Shown here piece by piece: positions 1-8,336 of a stretch of 64,000 bases of DNA (position 1 is the stretch's first letter; every line of letters starts with the position of its first letter). The notes below the pieces were generated by a model. That model was not told the DNA's origin. It ran no database searches and saw nothing but the letters and a program-made list of their open reading frames with translations. The stretch covers positions 92,741 to 156,740 of the forward strand of contig VMFP01000003.1 of the NCBI GenBank assembly GCA_007376145.1. Direction: 5' to 3'. Origin of the DNA: Parcubacteria group bacterium Gr01-1014_38. Lineage in GTDB: Bacteria; Patescibacteriota; Andersenbacteria; UBA10190; CAIZMI01. The translations under genes and the position numbers were made by a program.

Positions 1-146
1 TCACCCTCCAAAACGTCCCCGGAGTCACCATCTCCTGCATGCGGTTCCTCCTCAACGGAACCCCCCTCCCGTTCTCGCAGACGAGCACGCCCTTCCGGGT
101 ATCCCCCGGGTACCCGTATTCCCGCTGTCCATAACACTTACCCTCA

Positions 147-1103
147 ATGCGCTCCGCTCCCCCCTCTCCGATCCGCGACCTCCTCCGCGCCTCCCGGCTG
201 GAGGTTTCCGGGCCTGTGACCCATCGGACGGTCTCCCTCTTCGTCGTGTTCGTGGCGATGTTCGTCGTCTTCACGACCGTGGTGTTCGTCGAGTTCGCGA
301 CCGTCGCCCCCCGCTCGGAAGGTCAGGTCCCCCCCGACGTGAACCTCCAAGGGTCCTTTGATACCCAAGGAATCAGCGCAGGCACGTACACCTTCACGGC
401 CGAGGTCGAGACGAGTACGGGGCAGAGAGTCTCCCGCAATGTGCAGTTCACCGTCCAGGCCATTCCTCCCACTCCTCCTCCCAGTGGTGGTGGAGGAGAT
501 GGAGGAGGGACAGGTGGGGGAGGTGGCGGAGGAGGCGGAGGCGTGGGCGGTGAAGAGACCCATTCTCTCCCGCGCCGTCTCTTCCAGCGGCCGAGGGTCC
601 TCACCTTCCGCCCCAGCGGATCTCCCCTCACCCTCGACGCGACCAAGGACGTGGTTCTCCGGGGACGGGCCGCGTTCTCCTTTTCCTCCTTCCTCGATGG
701 GGGAACCCAAGTCGTCCTCCTCGCGCACGACCGGGTGGAGGCCCTCTATCGGAATACGATCGTCTGTCCCGCCGCCCAGTGCGTCCTGAAAGCGCGGGTG
801 AAGCACGACGCCCCCAAGCCCGTCCAGGCGCGCTTTGTCGTGGACGGGCGGACCCAAGGCATCGTGACCTGGGACCGAGGCGACAACACGTACGAGGAAA
901 AAATGGTGCCGGGAATCATCCCGCAGGGGCGGCACACGCTGGCCGTCCGCCTCGTCCGGGACATCTTCCGGTGCTCCCGCGCCCAGATCCGACGCGGGGA
1001 CACCGCCGCCTGTGACCGGAACCTGTACTTGAACCGGATCATCGTCGTTCCCACCCAGGGCGTGACGGTCCGACCGGCGGCGGAACCAAGGCGGACGCGG
1101 TAA
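147..1103 (+). CDS. Hypothetical membrane-anchored protein with Gly-rich linker
   Basis: N-terminal TM helix (VSLFVVFVAMFVVFTTVVFVEF), strong GC3 bias in this frame, poly-Gly/Pro linker (PPTPPPSGGGGDGGGTGGGGGGGGGG), Cys-containing C-terminal domain; overlapping antisense ORF 144..935 judged an artefact. Confidence 0.45.
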   Translation: MRSAPPSPIRDLLRASRLEVSGPVTHRTVSLFVVFVAMFVVFTTVVFVEFATVAPRSEGQVPPDVNLQGSFDTQGISAGTYTFTAEVETSTGQRVSRNVQFTVQAIPPTPPPSGGGGDGGGTGGGGGGGGGGVGGEETHSLPRRLFQRPRVLTFRPSGSPLTLDATKDVVLRGRAAFSFSSFLDGGTQVVLLAHDRVEALYRNTIVCPAAQCVLKARVKHDAPKPVQARFVVDGRTQGIVTWDRGDNTYEEKMVPGIIPQGRHTLAVRLVRDIFRCSRAQIRRGDTAACDRNLYLNRIIVVPTQGVTVRPAAEPRRTR

Positions 1104-1212
1104 AGGCGGCTCCCTTAAGTCAGGGGGGGAGAGTACAGCACTCTCTGGTGCCCCAAGTCGAAGCGCAGCGCGCGATCTCGACGCAGCCAGTCACAGCGTA
1201 TACTCTCATCCA

Positions 1213-1875
1213 ATGGTTGAACTACGCGCCCTCGTCGAACTCGTCGGGTACGCCGGAGTGGCCGTGATCGTCTTCGCTGAATCCGGTCTGCTCGTCGGCT
1301 TTTTTTTGCCCGGCGACAGCCTCCTCTTCACGGCGGGATTCCTCGCATCGCAGGAGATCTTTTCCCTCCCCACGCTTGCGTTCCTCTGCTTCATTGCTGC
1401 GGTCGCCGGGGATTCCGTCGGCTACGCCTTCGGTCACCGTATGGGTCGGAAGATCTTCACCAAGTCGGACTCGCTCTTCTTCCACCGTGAGAATCTCCTC
1501 CGCGCCGAGCGGTTCTACGCGAAGCATGGAGGGAAGACGATTGTCCTCGCGCGCTTCCTCCCCGTCGTCAGAACCTTCGCGCCTATCCTCGCCGGTGTTG
1601 GGTCGATGCGCTACTCGCGCTTCCTCACGTACAACGTCTTCGGGGGATTTCTCTGGGCGGTGGGACTCACGTTGCTTGGGTACTTCCTCGGCAGCGTCAT
1701 TCCCGATGTCGATCGCTACCTGCTTCCCATCGTCGTAAGCATCATCGTTCTCTCGGTCCTCCCCACCGCGTTCCACGTGCTGCGCCACCGGGAGGATCGC
1801 CGCCGCATTGCCCGCAGCGCGTGGCGATTTCTCCAGCGTGCATCTCCCCGCACGAGTCCCGACGGATCCCGGTGA
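1213..1875 (+). CDS. DedA/SNARE-associated (VTT domain) family membrane protein
   Basis: Motifs LLVGFFLPGDSLLFTAGFLAS, GKTIVLARFLPVVRTFAPILAGV typical of DedA family; multiple TM helices. Confidence 0.85.
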   Translation: MVELRALVELVGYAGVAVIVFAESGLLVGFFLPGDSLLFTAGFLASQEIFSLPTLAFLCFIAAVAGDSVGYAFGHRMGRKIFTKSDSLFFHRENLLRAERFYAKHGGKTIVLARFLPVVRTFAPILAGVGSMRYSRFLTYNVFGGFLWAVGLTLLGYFLGSVIPDVDRYLLPIVVSIIVLSVLPTAFHVLRHREDRRRIARSAWRFLQRASPRTSPDGSR

Positions 1876-1982
1876 CGCCGACGGCGCCAGCGCTTCCCCC
1901 ACTTGACAGTCCGGTTCTTTCTCCCCTCGCGTTCTGGTACCGTACGAACTGAAAGGAGGGCTTACTCTTCACCGGTTCTTAC

Positions 1983-2351
1983 ATGACGGCATACATCATC
2001 GTCGGAGCGATTGCGACCTGGGTTCTCGGGTGGCTCTGGTACCAGTACCTCTTCCCAAAAGTCCGGGAGGAATTTGGCGTCCCTCCCAGTACCAGAACGT
2101 TCGTGATTACTGCCGTGGCGCTCCTGGTGCTCTCTGCCGCGGTGGGCACGTTCATTAAGAACCGCTCTGTGGTCGACATGGCGGATACGCTCCGCCTCGG
2201 CTTTAAGATCTGGGTTGGTTTCTTGCTCCCCGTGCTCGTCACGTTCTGGGCCTCGACCCGACAATCCCTCAACATTCTGGTGGCCACCGCGGGGTACTGG
2301 CTCGTCGCGGCGCTCCTCCTCGCGATCCTCGCCGACTGGATGCTTCTCTAG
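1983..2351 (+). CDS. Small membrane protein (DUF1761-like)
   Basis: Four hydrophobic helices, AAGGAGG SD about 8 nt upstream of ATG, GC3 bias. Confidence 0.6.
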   Translation: MTAYIIVGAIATWVLGWLWYQYLFPKVREEFGVPPSTRTFVITAVALLVLSAAVGTFIKNRSVVDMADTLRLGFKIWVGFLLPVLVTFWASTRQSLNILVATAGYWLVAALLLAILADWMLL

Positions 2352-2354
2352 TCT

Positions 2355-2387
2355 GGAAGAGAAAATCCCGCGCGGGTTTCCTCTTCC
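2355..2387 (+). terminator. GC-rich hairpin immediately after stop of 1983..2351 (no U-tract)
   Basis: GGAAGAG-AAATCCCGCGCGGGTTT-CTCTTCC nested inverted repeat starting 4 nt after the TAG. Confidence 0.4.
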
Positions 2388-2519
2388 ATGCATCTCCTTC
2401 CTAAGTATGGTGTTCGCAAGTTTTTGGGCCTTATAACCCAAACTTGCTCACTGGGGACGGATCCTGTTCTCGCGACTGGATGACGGTTCTCTGCGGTTCT
2501 TAGCGTACACTGTCCTGGT

Positions 2520-3017
2520 ATGCGGAAGGAGCTCGTACTGGTGAGCGGCGTGGTTGTGGGTTCGCTCACCTTGATCGTCGGATTGGCGTTTGTCGGCACG
2601 CGCCCGAAGAAGCCGATCGCAGACGTCTTGTCTGCCTGCGTGCAGCACGCGGGCGTCGGGATGCATATCCATCCCCAGCTCCAGATCGTCATTGATGGCA
2701 CAGAGAGAACCATTCCTTCCGATATCGGGATCTCTCCCGGCTGCATGCGGCCGGTGCACACGCACGACGATACGGGCCGGATTCATCTGGAGTTTCCAAG
2801 TCCGCAGGACGTCCGCTTGGGGCAGTTCTTCGCCGTCTGGGAGCAGCCCTTTTCCAAGACCCAGATTCTCGATCGCGCCGTCGGATCAGACGATCTCCTC
2901 CGGGTGACGGTGAACGGAGAGGAAACGTCGGAATTGGAGAATCTGCTTCTCCATGACGGCGATAGCCTTGTCATTGATATTCGGAAGAAGACTGCGGATG
3001 GGGGGAGCGAGAACTAA
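2520..3017 (+). CDS. Conserved hypothetical membrane-anchored protein
   Basis: N-terminal TM anchor, His/Cys-containing motif MHIHPQLQIVIDG...CMRPVHTHDDTGRIHLEF, GC3 bias. Confidence 0.55.
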   Translation: MRKELVLVSGVVVGSLTLIVGLAFVGTRPKKPIADVLSACVQHAGVGMHIHPQLQIVIDGTERTIPSDIGISPGCMRPVHTHDDTGRIHLEFPSPQDVRLGQFFAVWEQPFSKTQILDRAVGSDDLLRVTVNGEETSELENLLLHDGDSLVIDIRKKTADGGSEN

Positions 3018-3030
3018 AAAGGGGCACGTC

Positions 3031-3366
3031 ATGCCCTCCGCCGTGTTCTGGGTTGTGGTCAGTTGCAACAGTGCGGAGGAGGCGACGACGATTGGCGATC
3101 AGGCGCTCCAGGCCCGCCACGCGGCGTGCTTCGATGTCTTTCCGAAGCAGCGCACTCGCTACTTCTGGCCGCCGACGAAGGGCACGATCGAGGAGGGGAA
3201 TGGGGCGCTTCTGGTTTTGGAAACCCTCGAGGATCACCTTGCTCCGCTCACGGCCATGATCCGGGCGCACCACAGCGATGCGCTGCCGTTTATCGGTGCT
3301 TTGCGTCTCGAGCACGTCGATGAGCGGGTCCGAAACTGGATCGCCGGTGAGCTGGAAGCCCCTTAA
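3031..3366 (+). CDS. cutA: Divalent-cation tolerance protein CutA
   Basis: Good match to CutA1 pattern (VVVSCNSAEEA...AACFDVFP...SRYFWPPTKGTIEEGNGALLVLET...HHSDALPFIGA); AAAGGGG SD 6 nt upstream; start chosen at Met of MPSAVFW rather than the long-ORF start at 2953. Confidence 0.8.
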   Translation: MPSAVFWVVVSCNSAEEATTIGDQALQARHAACFDVFPKQRTRYFWPPTKGTIEEGNGALLVLETLEDHLAPLTAMIRAHHSDALPFIGALRLEHVDERVRNWIAGELEAP

Positions 3367-3406
3367 GTTGAAGTCTTGGAGACCCGCGCCGTACGCTGCC
3401 CCTACC

Positions 3407-4315
3407 ATGAGAGTCAGGGGTCACCGCGGTACCGGCGCTTCTCCTTCCGGAGAACGGGGGAGGCAGCGCCGCGAGACGCACGAGACGGCGGCTTCGACGC
3501 TGTCGCTCTACCTTCGCGAAATCGGCGAACGAAAACTCCTCACGGCCGATGAGGAAAAAGAGCTGGCCGTCCGCCTGCGCCAGGGAGACGAGGAGGCCCG
3601 GCAGAAGCTCATTGAGGCCAACCTCCGCCTTGTTGTCCATGTCGCGAAACGGTATGCGCGTCGGGGTGATCCTGAACTTTTCCTCGATCTCATCCAGGAG
3701 GGGAATCTCGGACTCTTCCGGGCGGTGGAACGGTTTGATCCGACCATGGGGACGCGCTTCTCGACCTACGCGACCTACTGGATCCGCCAAGCGATCCAGC
3801 GTGCGCTCACCAAGAGCCGGACCATCCGCATCCCCGAACACGTCCTCGAAGATATCTCCCGGATGCGGAAGACGCGTCATCGTCTCACCCAAGAGCTCGG
3901 TCGGCAGCCCACGTTCGCAGAGCTCGCAGCCGAACTCGAACTCTCCGAAGGCGAACTCCTTAAACTCGAGGAAGCCGCCTTGGAAACCATCTCCCTCGAG
4001 AAGCCGATCCGGAGCGGCGAGGAAGGGGAGGAAGCGGAACTTGGCGCGGTGCTTGCCGACCTCGATTCGCCGCAGCCGGAATTCATCGCGAACCAGCGGA
4101 TTCTCCGACGCCAGGTACGGGAAATCGTGGACGAACTCCCGCCGCGGGATCGGACCATCGTGACCCTGCGCTTTGGGCTCACCACGGGTGTTCCCAAGAC
4201 GCTGGCGGAAGTCGCTAAGGATTTCGGGATCAGCCGCGAGCGCGTCCGACAGATTCAAGAGCGGGCGCTCGAGCGCATCCGCGCCAAAGAAACCTCGACG
4301 TCCCGCCTCCGGTAG
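3407..4315 (+). CDS. RNA polymerase sigma-70 family factor (regions 2-4)
   Basis: Region 2 (DLIQEGNLGLFRAVERFDPTMGTRFSTYATYWIRQAI), region 3 and region 4 HTH (TLAEVAKDFGISRERVRQIQERAL); internal ATG 3407 chosen to avoid overlap with cutA. Confidence 0.88.
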   Translation: MRVRGHRGTGASPSGERGRQRRETHETAASTLSLYLREIGERKLLTADEEKELAVRLRQGDEEARQKLIEANLRLVVHVAKRYARRGDPELFLDLIQEGNLGLFRAVERFDPTMGTRFSTYATYWIRQAIQRALTKSRTIRIPEHVLEDISRMRKTRHRLTQELGRQPTFAELAAELELSEGELLKLEEAALETISLEKPIRSGEEGEEAELGAVLADLDSPQPEFIANQRILRRQVREIVDELPPRDRTIVTLRFGLTTGVPKTLAEVAKDFGISRERVRQIQERALERIRAKETSTSRLR

Positions 4316-4320
4316 GCGGC

Positions 4321-6933
4321 TTACGGCTGCTCTTGGAACCGCGGCGGCGGCACCCCAGGGAACGGCGGGGGGGTCGGTGACGTCACCGTAAAGTTGATTG
4401 CTCCGCAGTTATTGTCCTCCCGCGATTCCGCGACGCGATTTTCTGCGTCTGCACAGAAGGCGAAGCGATGCGAGCCTGGGGTCGCAATCCAGGGCAGCGT
4501 GAGTCCCACCGTCCCCCCCGCGGGGAGGGGCGGAGTGAGGCGCAGCCCCACGCGCTGCTCACCGATGAGGAATGCTGCGTCGGAGGCTCCAGCGGGGGCC
4601 AGGCTGCTGCGAACCGCCGCGGAGAGCGTGAGGGTTTGCCCGGAGACGAGGACTCCCGACACATTCAGGTTCTCGACCGTGAGGTCGGGTAGCACGGGGG
4701 CCGGTGGCGTCACCGTGATGGTTCTGCGGCAGATGTCCCCGAACCAGCGGATGCCCTCTTGCAGCATGGCCCAGTCAAACGGATACGAGCCTGCTACGAA
4801 GGGAGCCTGCAACGGTAAGGAGAACGAGACCGATTCTCCCGGATTCACGGGGGACCGGGGGAGCCCAGCCCGGCTGTGGACCCAACGGGTGTTGTCCCGC
4901 GGGTTTTCCGAACCGAGGCGGAAGGGGTTTGCACCGTCGGACGTCCAGGGAACGCCCCCAGTGTTCCGCATGGTTACTTGTGCCTGAAACTGCTCTCCAA
5001 CCGCGACACGTGTTGGAGAAGTCGAACCGACACAGGAAGCGTTACTCCGAGGCTCAAAACGAATCCAGAGGTTCCAGACATCTGTTCCCGATGGGGGACG
5101 ACGCGTTCTTCTTGCCTCCGTACTCTCCCAGACGTGTCCGACAAATTGGAGCGTGGTCTGCAAATGCGGGAATGATCCAAACGATACGGGCCCGGTGATG
5201 TTATTGATGGTGAAATAGCAGTGGTGACGTCCCGGAGGGCAACCGGGAGGAGCGTCATAATGCGCACTACTGATGAGGGTAGAATGTGGGAGAGGGAAGA
5301 GGCCGCTTAGGACCCCGTTTGATTCGTACAGAAGGTTCACCTCGGCAGCCGTGGGAGCGTTCTCGCAGGCAATAAAGGTCAGATCAAAGGTCACGGTAAG
5401 AGCGGTGCCATAGGTTCCGTTATGCCGCGGTTCGTTAATGAACAGGGCAATCAAGGCTGGCTGCGGGTGTTGAAGGACGTGAATGCCGTTCGCTGCTGCC
5501 GTTCGAGAACGGAGAATCAGTCCAGACGCCAGAAGGAGAAGTACGATGCAGAGCATCCGGGTTCTGGAAGGTGCGCGTCCGCGCATGATGCCCCACAGGA
5601 TGAAGGCGGCCAGTACGGCAACCAGCGCCAGCAGAATTCCCAGAATCACCGGTGAGTCAATGCCCGGAATGCGCTTGGGAGGGTGCGCAACGCTCTGGAG
5701 TTCCTCCGAAGAAAGATTGACGTTGTGTTCGTACTGATCAAGAACGTCTCCACGATCACTTAAGAGACGCACGCGAAAGCCGGGAGCAGCGATGTCCTTC
5801 GAGAGGGTGAAGGTCGTGTTGATGACGGTCGCGGCCGCGCCCAAGGGAAGCATCCGAGCTTCCTCGGCCACGACGCGCGATCCATCAAGAAGTTCCACAC
5901 GCGCGGTCACGTTCGCTTCGGTTTCTCGATCGGCCGGCCCCACGAGCGTTGTCGAGATAACGGCTTGTGACCCTCGTGCGGTAGCGATCCGGTCAAAGCT
6001 TGCGGTGACGACCTTGGCGGAAATGCCCTTCACCACAAAACGAAAGGCCGCCTGACCCGAGATACGTCTCTCCTCCTGATCCCGCAACGTCAAAACGGCG
6101 TGATAGGCATCGGGTACGGTGCCCGCGGTCACCGGTACTTCAACAACCACGGTCTCTTTTGACCTCACGGTGACGGGATCGAATGTCTGTTCGTCAACCT
6201 TTTGGCCGCTGATGTCCCAGCGGTACACTTCGCGATGCGGCCGCACGGATATGGCGGCACTCCCCACGTTCTCCGCCAACGCCTGGAGGGTGAAAGTACT
6301 GCCCCCTTCGACATTGGGACCTTCTTGAGGACCCGCGGTCTTCTTGTCCGGAAGAAGGATCGCGTTCGAGCGCAAGACGATGAAAGAGGCATTCGGAACG
6401 CCGAGATGCACTGTCGCATCGTGCCACCCGAGTTTTCGCCCCTGTGAGGTGACGACGCGGATACGGAGGCGATAGTCTCCCTTCGGCAGCAGGGGAGCCT
6501 GGTAGCGAAATGGGACCGTTTTCGTGCTTCCAGGAAGGAGCGTAAGGTTGAGTGGATCGATCACGCGGTCATACTGCGGAGCGGTATCCGCCTCGAGCTT
6601 CCCCGTCTCCACCTCGGGAGCGGGACCTAACACCTCAACCTGGTACTGGAGACCGCCCTGGACGTTCTGGTCGCGGTTCTCCACAGTGAACGTTCCTTGT
6701 ACCGCACCGTCCGTAGAGATCGACTCAACGTTGATCGCGGTTACAAACACGCTGGGGAGGCGGAGAAACCGACTCGCATCCGCTCCCGACGTCAACTGCT
6801 GAAGAACGGCAGGATCCAGTGTCGGTTGCGGAGGAGCGGGAGACGGAGCCTGCGCCTGCGCCGAGATCGACATGCCGAGGAGGATTCCCACGCCAAGGAC
6901 AGGCACCATGGCAAACCTCCGCATATCCCGCAT
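4321..6933 (-). CDS. Giant secreted surface protein (CARDB-like and NBR1-FW-like domains, internal 2-TM segment)
   Basis: Signal peptide MRDMRRFAMVPVLGVGILLGMSISAQAQA with GAGAGGAG SD before Met8; C-terminal CARDB-like fold (LPDLTVENLNVSG...EDNNCGAINFTV); NBR1-FW-like segment (NTGGVPWTSDGANPFRLGSENPRDNTRWV...GSYPFDWAML) shared with 8337..9812; two central TM helices. Confidence 0.75.
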   Translation of the reverse strand: MRDMRRFAMVPVLGVGILLGMSISAQAQAPSPAPPQPTLDPAVLQQLTSGADASRFLRLPSVFVTAINVESISTDGAVQGTFTVENRDQNVQGGLQYQVEVLGPAPEVETGKLEADTAPQYDRVIDPLNLTLLPGSTKTVPFRYQAPLLPKGDYRLRIRVVTSQGRKLGWHDATVHLGVPNASFIVLRSNAILLPDKKTAGPQEGPNVEGGSTFTLQALAENVGSAAISVRPHREVYRWDISGQKVDEQTFDPVTVRSKETVVVEVPVTAGTVPDAYHAVLTLRDQEERRISGQAAFRFVVKGISAKVVTASFDRIATARGSQAVISTTLVGPADRETEANVTARVELLDGSRVVAEEARMLPLGAAATVINTTFTLSKDIAAPGFRVRLLSDRGDVLDQYEHNVNLSSEELQSVAHPPKRIPGIDSPVILGILLALVAVLAAFILWGIMRGRAPSRTRMLCIVLLLLASGLILRSRTAAANGIHVLQHPQPALIALFINEPRHNGTYGTALTVTFDLTFIACENAPTAAEVNLLYESNGVLSGLFPLPHSTLISSAHYDAPPGCPPGRHHCYFTINNITGPVSFGSFPHLQTTLQFVGHVWESTEARRTRRPPSGTDVWNLWIRFEPRSNASCVGSTSPTRVAVGEQFQAQVTMRNTGGVPWTSDGANPFRLGSENPRDNTRWVHSRAGLPRSPVNPGESVSFSLPLQAPFVAGSYPFDWAMLQEGIRWFGDICRRTITVTPPAPVLPDLTVENLNVSGVLVSGQTLTLSAAVRSSLAPAGASDAAFLIGEQRVGLRLTPPLPAGGTVGLTLPWIATPGSHRFAFCADAENRVAESREDNNCGAINFTVTSPTPPPFPGVPPPRFQEQP

Positions 6934-7199
6934 GGTTGTGCTCCTCTCAAGCATCTTTTTGTATTTCTATCATTCTTCCTTATGAGCATACCATGGGGCA
7001 GCGTTTCAGTGAGAATCAGCCCTGTGGGAAAGTCCTCCCCAGCATGCGAGGCTGACTCCTGGCTCCAGAACTTCCGGAGGCTCCTCGTGCGGCACCTGGG
7101 ACTTCTCGCTGTCTCTGATGGCTTCTTTTACGTACGGCTCGGCTGCGTGCTCCTGTGCGTGAGTACAATGCTGAAATAGGGCCTCTCGGAATTACAACG

Positions 7200-7224
7200 C
7201 TACGCCGCGCATGGCGCGGCGTAG
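7200..7224 (-). terminator. Stop-adjacent GC hairpin (11-bp stem, ATG loop) downstream of 7249..7677
   Basis: CTACGCCGCGC-ATG-GCGCGGCGTAG perfect inverted repeat about 25 nt after stop; no U-tract. Confidence 0.4.
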
Positions 7225-7248
7225 GCTCTCTCGTGGAGAGAGTCAGGT

Positions 7249-7677
7249 TTACATCCAGCCAAGGAGCGTCTGAACGGTGACGCCGACGTTCACCGCGACG
7301 TTTTGGGCGCTTGGCCACCAGACCCACGGATTCCAGGTCGGCTGGGGCCGGGAGAACTGGAGCGACGCGTTCAGCTGTTGGTTCTGACCGAAATCCCCCG
7401 CTCCCATTCCTCGGAGCTGCTGTTCACCACTGACCCATGCCCGGAGATTGTCCGGTCCCGCGATGTCAATCATCCCCGACTGCTTCATGTCGACCTGGTG
7501 AGTCCAGGCCATCTGACTTTGGTTGACTGATGCGCTGACCGAACCACTGACTGCTGGCGTGACAAAGCACCAGCCGCCACATCCGGACGCGAATGCCGGG
7601 ACAGCCGGTAACGCTGCGATCGCAATGGCCGCAAGCGCTCTCGCCACGTTTTTGAGTGCGGTACGCATGAGAAGCAT
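7249..7677 (-). CDS. Small secreted Trp-rich protein
   Basis: AGGAGGTG SD 6 nt before ATG; signal peptide MLLMRTALKNVARALAAIAIAALPAVPAFA; Cys pair SGCGGWC; C-terminal PTWNPWVWWPS; the 234-aa track ORF is a 5' over-extension. Confidence 0.6.
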   Translation of the reverse strand: MLLMRTALKNVARALAAIAIAALPAVPAFASGCGGWCFVTPAVSGSVSASVNQSQMAWTHQVDMKQSGMIDIAGPDNLRAWVSGEQQLRGMGAGDFGQNQQLNASLQFSRPQPTWNPWVWWPSAQNVAVNVGVTVQTLLGWM

Positions 7678-8336
7678 TTCACCTCCTTTCGCATGAACAT
7701 CGCGAGTTTCGCAGGCAACATTTTTGACGTACGTAACAATGAAGGTCTTAAAAAGCCCTCCACGTATCCACGACTCTCTGCCGCGTTCCCCCTTCCCGCA
7801 TCGTCTACAGTGTATGGTTCGCGTCGCAGGGCGACAAGAGGTTTTGGCGCTCTTCCCATTGGTTGCTGAAGTCTCGAGCGAGCACCGCGCTTCTGTACGG
7901 TGCCGGCTTCTTGCAGAAACCGGGCCAGGGAGATAGGCTGGCTTTAGTAACATCTTGGGGGATCTTCATGCAGATACCAGTTCGCATGGCGGCGGGAGGG
8001 CTGCTCCTCGCAGGCGTAGCGTTGTTTTCCGGCTTTGCTCTTGGAACTCGCACGAGAAGGGAAGTGACCGCTGGTCCGTCGGCGACGTCATCGGCGTTGA
8101 TGACGCCATCAGTTCGATTCGTACGCACTGTTACACGAGCCAGCAGGCGTTTGGAGGCGTTCCAGCTCCCCACTCTTTTCCGCCACCTTGAGCGTTGGAG
8201 GGAACTCTCCCTTCATCTTCCTCTCCGTGACAGCGGTCATTGACGGGTCAGCCCCGTTTGTTGGTCCCGTCTCGCTTCCGCTCGTGCCGTGAAGACGCCC
8301 CACGGTCCGTGGGGAAGGCGCGGGCGCGCGGGCGCG

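Noticed and set aside
480-545. GGT/GGA-rich tract as a tandem repeat or CRISPR-like element
   Set aside because: Irregular Gly-codon run encoding a flexible linker inside a CDS; no regular period and no repeat-spacer structure. No CRISPR arrays were seen anywhere in the window.
144-935. 263-aa antisense ORF overlapping the 147..1103 gene
   Set aside because: Poly-Pro/Arg-rich low-complexity translation mirroring the Gly codon run on the other strand; no TM/domain features; typical high-GC antisense artefact.
1222-1902. 226-aa antisense ORF opposite the DedA gene
   Set aside because: DedA motifs are unambiguous on the plus strand; antisense product is Arg/Glu/Asp low-complexity.
3278-3406. 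5' extension of the sigma-factor ORF back to 3278
   Set aside because: Would overlap cutA by ~90 nt; the conserved sigma regions begin after the internal ATG at 3407.
7863-8243. 126-aa plus-strand ORF (possible 91-aa membrane protein from ATG 7968) in the long gap
   Set aside because: Weak third-position GC bias, no SD of note, opposite orientation to the whole cluster; kept only as part of the non-coding-gap finding.
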